DNA of 64,000 bases, from the NCBI RefSeq assembly GCF_009914755.1, contig NC_060925.1. One strand, 5' to 3'. Below, piece after piece: positions 60,595-64,000 of this stretch. The DNA comes from the human T2T-CHM13v2.0 reference genome, Homo sapiens. A model generated the notes under the pieces. That model had not been told where the DNA came from and made no database searches. It saw only the letters and a program-made list of their open reading frames with translations. The position numbers and the translations under genes are program-made. Positions within the stretch are counted from its first letter, which is position 1, and every line of letters starts with the position of its first letter.

Positions 60595-61172
60595 TACATG
60601 ATGTACATATATTCATATAACAAATATCATTATTTCAATATTAAAACTGTTTTTGATACAAAATGCCTTGTATATTAGGTACATTCCCTTTTTTTTCTTA
60701 GAAAGCTTTGTATTAAAGGTGTTATATGAAATGGTATTGGTATCTCGGAATTATAATCAAATAACTCTACTTGGAAATTCAATTTTTAAATGCTCAGGAA
60801 AAACCTACCAGAAGCAAACTATTCATAACCTATTTATCACCTAAAATATTATAATATATTCCAAAATGCCTTTCAATCTAAAATCAGATTTCCTTTTAGA
60901 TGGAGAAGGCAAACAGAATGGAGTTAAATTCACTTAAATTTGCATTTATTTTAGGTTTGGCGCTTACACTCAGGTAAGAACACTTTTAAGACTAAGGAAC
61001 ATTAAGTGGACAAACACTTAGCTCCCAGAGAAAAGCTGAATACCCTCCCAAACCTAGGAAAAGCAACATGAAATCCATCCTAAATCACTGTGGGAAGCCT
61101 CAGCACTGAAAACATCCTTCAAGATTATTCAGTGTTCTCAACGTAAGCCTTTGATTCCTTCACAAAAATCTA

Positions 61173-61485
<313 letters not shown>

Positions 61486-61788
61486 CAGATGGGGCTTTCA
61501 ATACTGAATTGTGGAAATGTTATGGACTTCTATATGTCAGATTTATATCATTTCCAAGTGGTGACCACTAGGGGCAAACACAGAACATGTTCTCTCCAGT
61601 CAGAGATTCATTCACTACCTTCAATGCCACCAGCACCCACCTTCACTGCAGGCAGAAGGTCTCCTCTCCATCCTCTGAAGAGGAACCAGAAAACCACTTC
61701 TTTCTCCAAGCTCTGTGCCTCCCGTGGGAAGCCTAACATGGAGATTACACAGATATGTGTAAAATGTTGACATTCAACAGTGAATCTA

Positions 61789-62148
<360 letters not shown>

Positions 62149-62720
62149 TAATTAAATTTGCAAATGTCATCTCCTAATACCACTCAAATATGTCTTATCT
62201 TCATTTCCATGTCTATCACCCTAATGTAAGTATCATTATTTCACACCTGGTTTATTGCAAGATCCCCTTTACTGATCTCCCTTCATCCCTTCTTGAGTTT
62301 CTCTGATTCATTCTCCAATGAGCATCTTAAACTATCTGTACTAAATGTTAATCTTATCACACCACTTATTCCGAGTCCTACTTAAAACCCTTCAGTGGTT
62401 TCTCGTTGTTCTCAGGAAGATCAAAATCCTTGCTAATGCAAACAAAGGCCCTCCAAGGCTAACCCTGCCATCCTCACCATTTCATCCTCTCCGTCAGGCT
62501 CTCTGCCCTCAGCAACAATGAGTATCTTTCAGTGCCCCAAATGTGCAGAGTTCTCACATATTCCAAGGCCTTTCCTTTCGTGGTTCCTTCAGCCCAGGAT
62601 GTAGCCTCGGAAACCACCCTTGCTCTCTGCTGGACTAATTGCCAGTGACAAAGGAGTTCTGAGGACTAAGCAAGTCAATATTTTTAAAGCCCTTAAAGCA
62701 ACATCTAGCAACAAGTAAGG

Positions 62721-62996
62721 TTTTTTTTTTGTTTGTTTGTTTTTGTTTTTAGATGGAGTCTTGCTCTGTGGCACAGGCTGAAGTCCAGTGGTGCGATCCC
62801 GGCTCACTGCAAGCTCCGCCTCCTGAGTTCACGCCATTCTCCTGCCTCAGCCTCCTGAGTAGCTGGGACTACAGGCACCTGACACCATGCCCGGCTAATT
62901 TTTTTGTATTTTTAGTAGAGACGGGGTTTCACCGTGTTAGCCAGGATGGTCTCGATCTCCTGACCTCGTGATCTGCCCGCCTCAGCCTCCCAAAGT
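62721..62996 (-). mobile_element. 5'-truncated AluY within an L2 relic (about 62150-63320)
   Basis: AluY diagnostics; aagtaaggt flanking duplication. Confidence 0.92.
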
Positions 62997-63445
62997 AAGG
63001 TATTTTTTAAATTAAATATTTTGCTAATATTAGTATTATTCCTCATCCATATGGATAAATATGGAACTTAGTCCCATAGATTTCCATAGCAAACCTTCAG
63101 ACTCCCTAGTCTAGGTCAGGTTTCCTTGTTAATGCACTTACAGAATTGTGTTCGGGGGTTGATCTCACATTGTAATTATGCATTTATGTATGTGGTCACT
63201 TAAGCCCATCTTCCTTACTGGACTTTAAAGTCCAAGAGATCGGGGGCTGTACTCTTCATCTCTCTTGTTCCCATGTTGCCTGTCTCTAGTAAAGGTTTAA
63301 TATGATGATTGTTGAATAAATTCATAGTACTACATAATGTAAAAATGGTTAGACTCATTTAAAGTAGTGTTAATATGCAGCCCCTATGGCATATACAAAA
63401 TTCACTTAGAGGTGCCCTGGAGAGGGGCATCAAAGAGATACTGAA

Positions 63446-63850
63446 TTTAGTCAGCTCTTGCCACCACAGTGCTGCAGAACAAACTGTCCAAACTCAGTGC
63501 TCTACAGCAAAACACTGACTGAGTTTGAGCTCCCCTAAGTGACTCCACTCTAGGTAAGATCAGCTGAACTTGCGTATGGGTTGAGTATAGACCTGTTCCA
63601 CATGTCTCTCATCCTCCCCAGACCAATGGCTACCTGGGACAATCACTCCCCAGGTTGGATCCCCAGAGCACAAGATCCAAGAGCAATGTGCAAGCACATT
63701 TAGGGCCTCAGCTCATGGTACCTCTGCTATTAGTCTTTTGGCCGAGGCAAGTCACATGGCCAAGTCCAAAGTCAACAAGACAGAGAAGTATACTCTGCCT
63801 GTGGTGGGAGGGGAGAGGAGGGATTATTTGCTGAACAATAATTTAAATGA
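63446..63850 (-). mobile_element. Old MLT1 (I/J-like) LTR
   Basis: ttagtcagctcttgcc..; ggccgaggcaagtcacatggccaagtccaaagtcaa. Confidence 0.65.
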
Positions 63851-64000
63851 TCACAGATGGTCATGCTCCAAAGCAATTGAATCTGAGGCAAAATGAGATG
63901 CCAGGGTCACTGCCAGCTTGGAGAGACATGCAGCAATTATGAAGTCACTGTGAACAGAGGCAACAAACAATGGTATCAAATGTAAGCCCCAAATTCAAAG

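Noticed and set aside
60159-60623. Overlapping 154-, 117- and 76-aa ORFs
   Set aside because: All lie within the MLT1D-like LTR; chance frames.

Overview
Repeat-rich primate (almost certainly human) intergenic DNA: about 30 Alu/FLAM copies plus L1M, L2, MIR, MaLR/ERVL/ERV1 LTRs and Tigger/hAT/mariner DNA-transposon relics. The only gene-like feature is an intronless retrocopy of the X-linked cyclin Q gene (CCNQ/FAM58A) at 16431-17721 (+), with poly(A) tail, a 14-bp target-site duplication and an uninterrupted 252-codon ORF (16497-17255). It matches what I recall as CCNQP1/FAM58BP (1q32.1, downstream of NR5A2; locus from memory, not verified). The ORF is open for 51 further upstream codons across flanking L1 sequence. 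Its N-terminus is rebuilt from a 12-bp tandem repeat. All other ORFs in the track are Alu/LTR-derived or chance frames. Beyond the repeats there is a recurrent set of template-switch or templated-insertion scars (1010-1063, 9666/10209, 10632-10665, 15393-15549, 40278-40342, 54525-55071, 59618/60951). One of them duplicates an exon-like cassette with a perfect CAG|GTAAGT donor. Repeat-free, CpG-retaining blocks at about 43.7, 45-46.4 and 50.2-50.9 kb look like regulatory or conserved non-coding elements. I cannot support a wholly new biological system. The best leads are the open-frame retrocopy and the complex templated insertions. Repeat subfamily calls are by eye from remembered consensus sequences.
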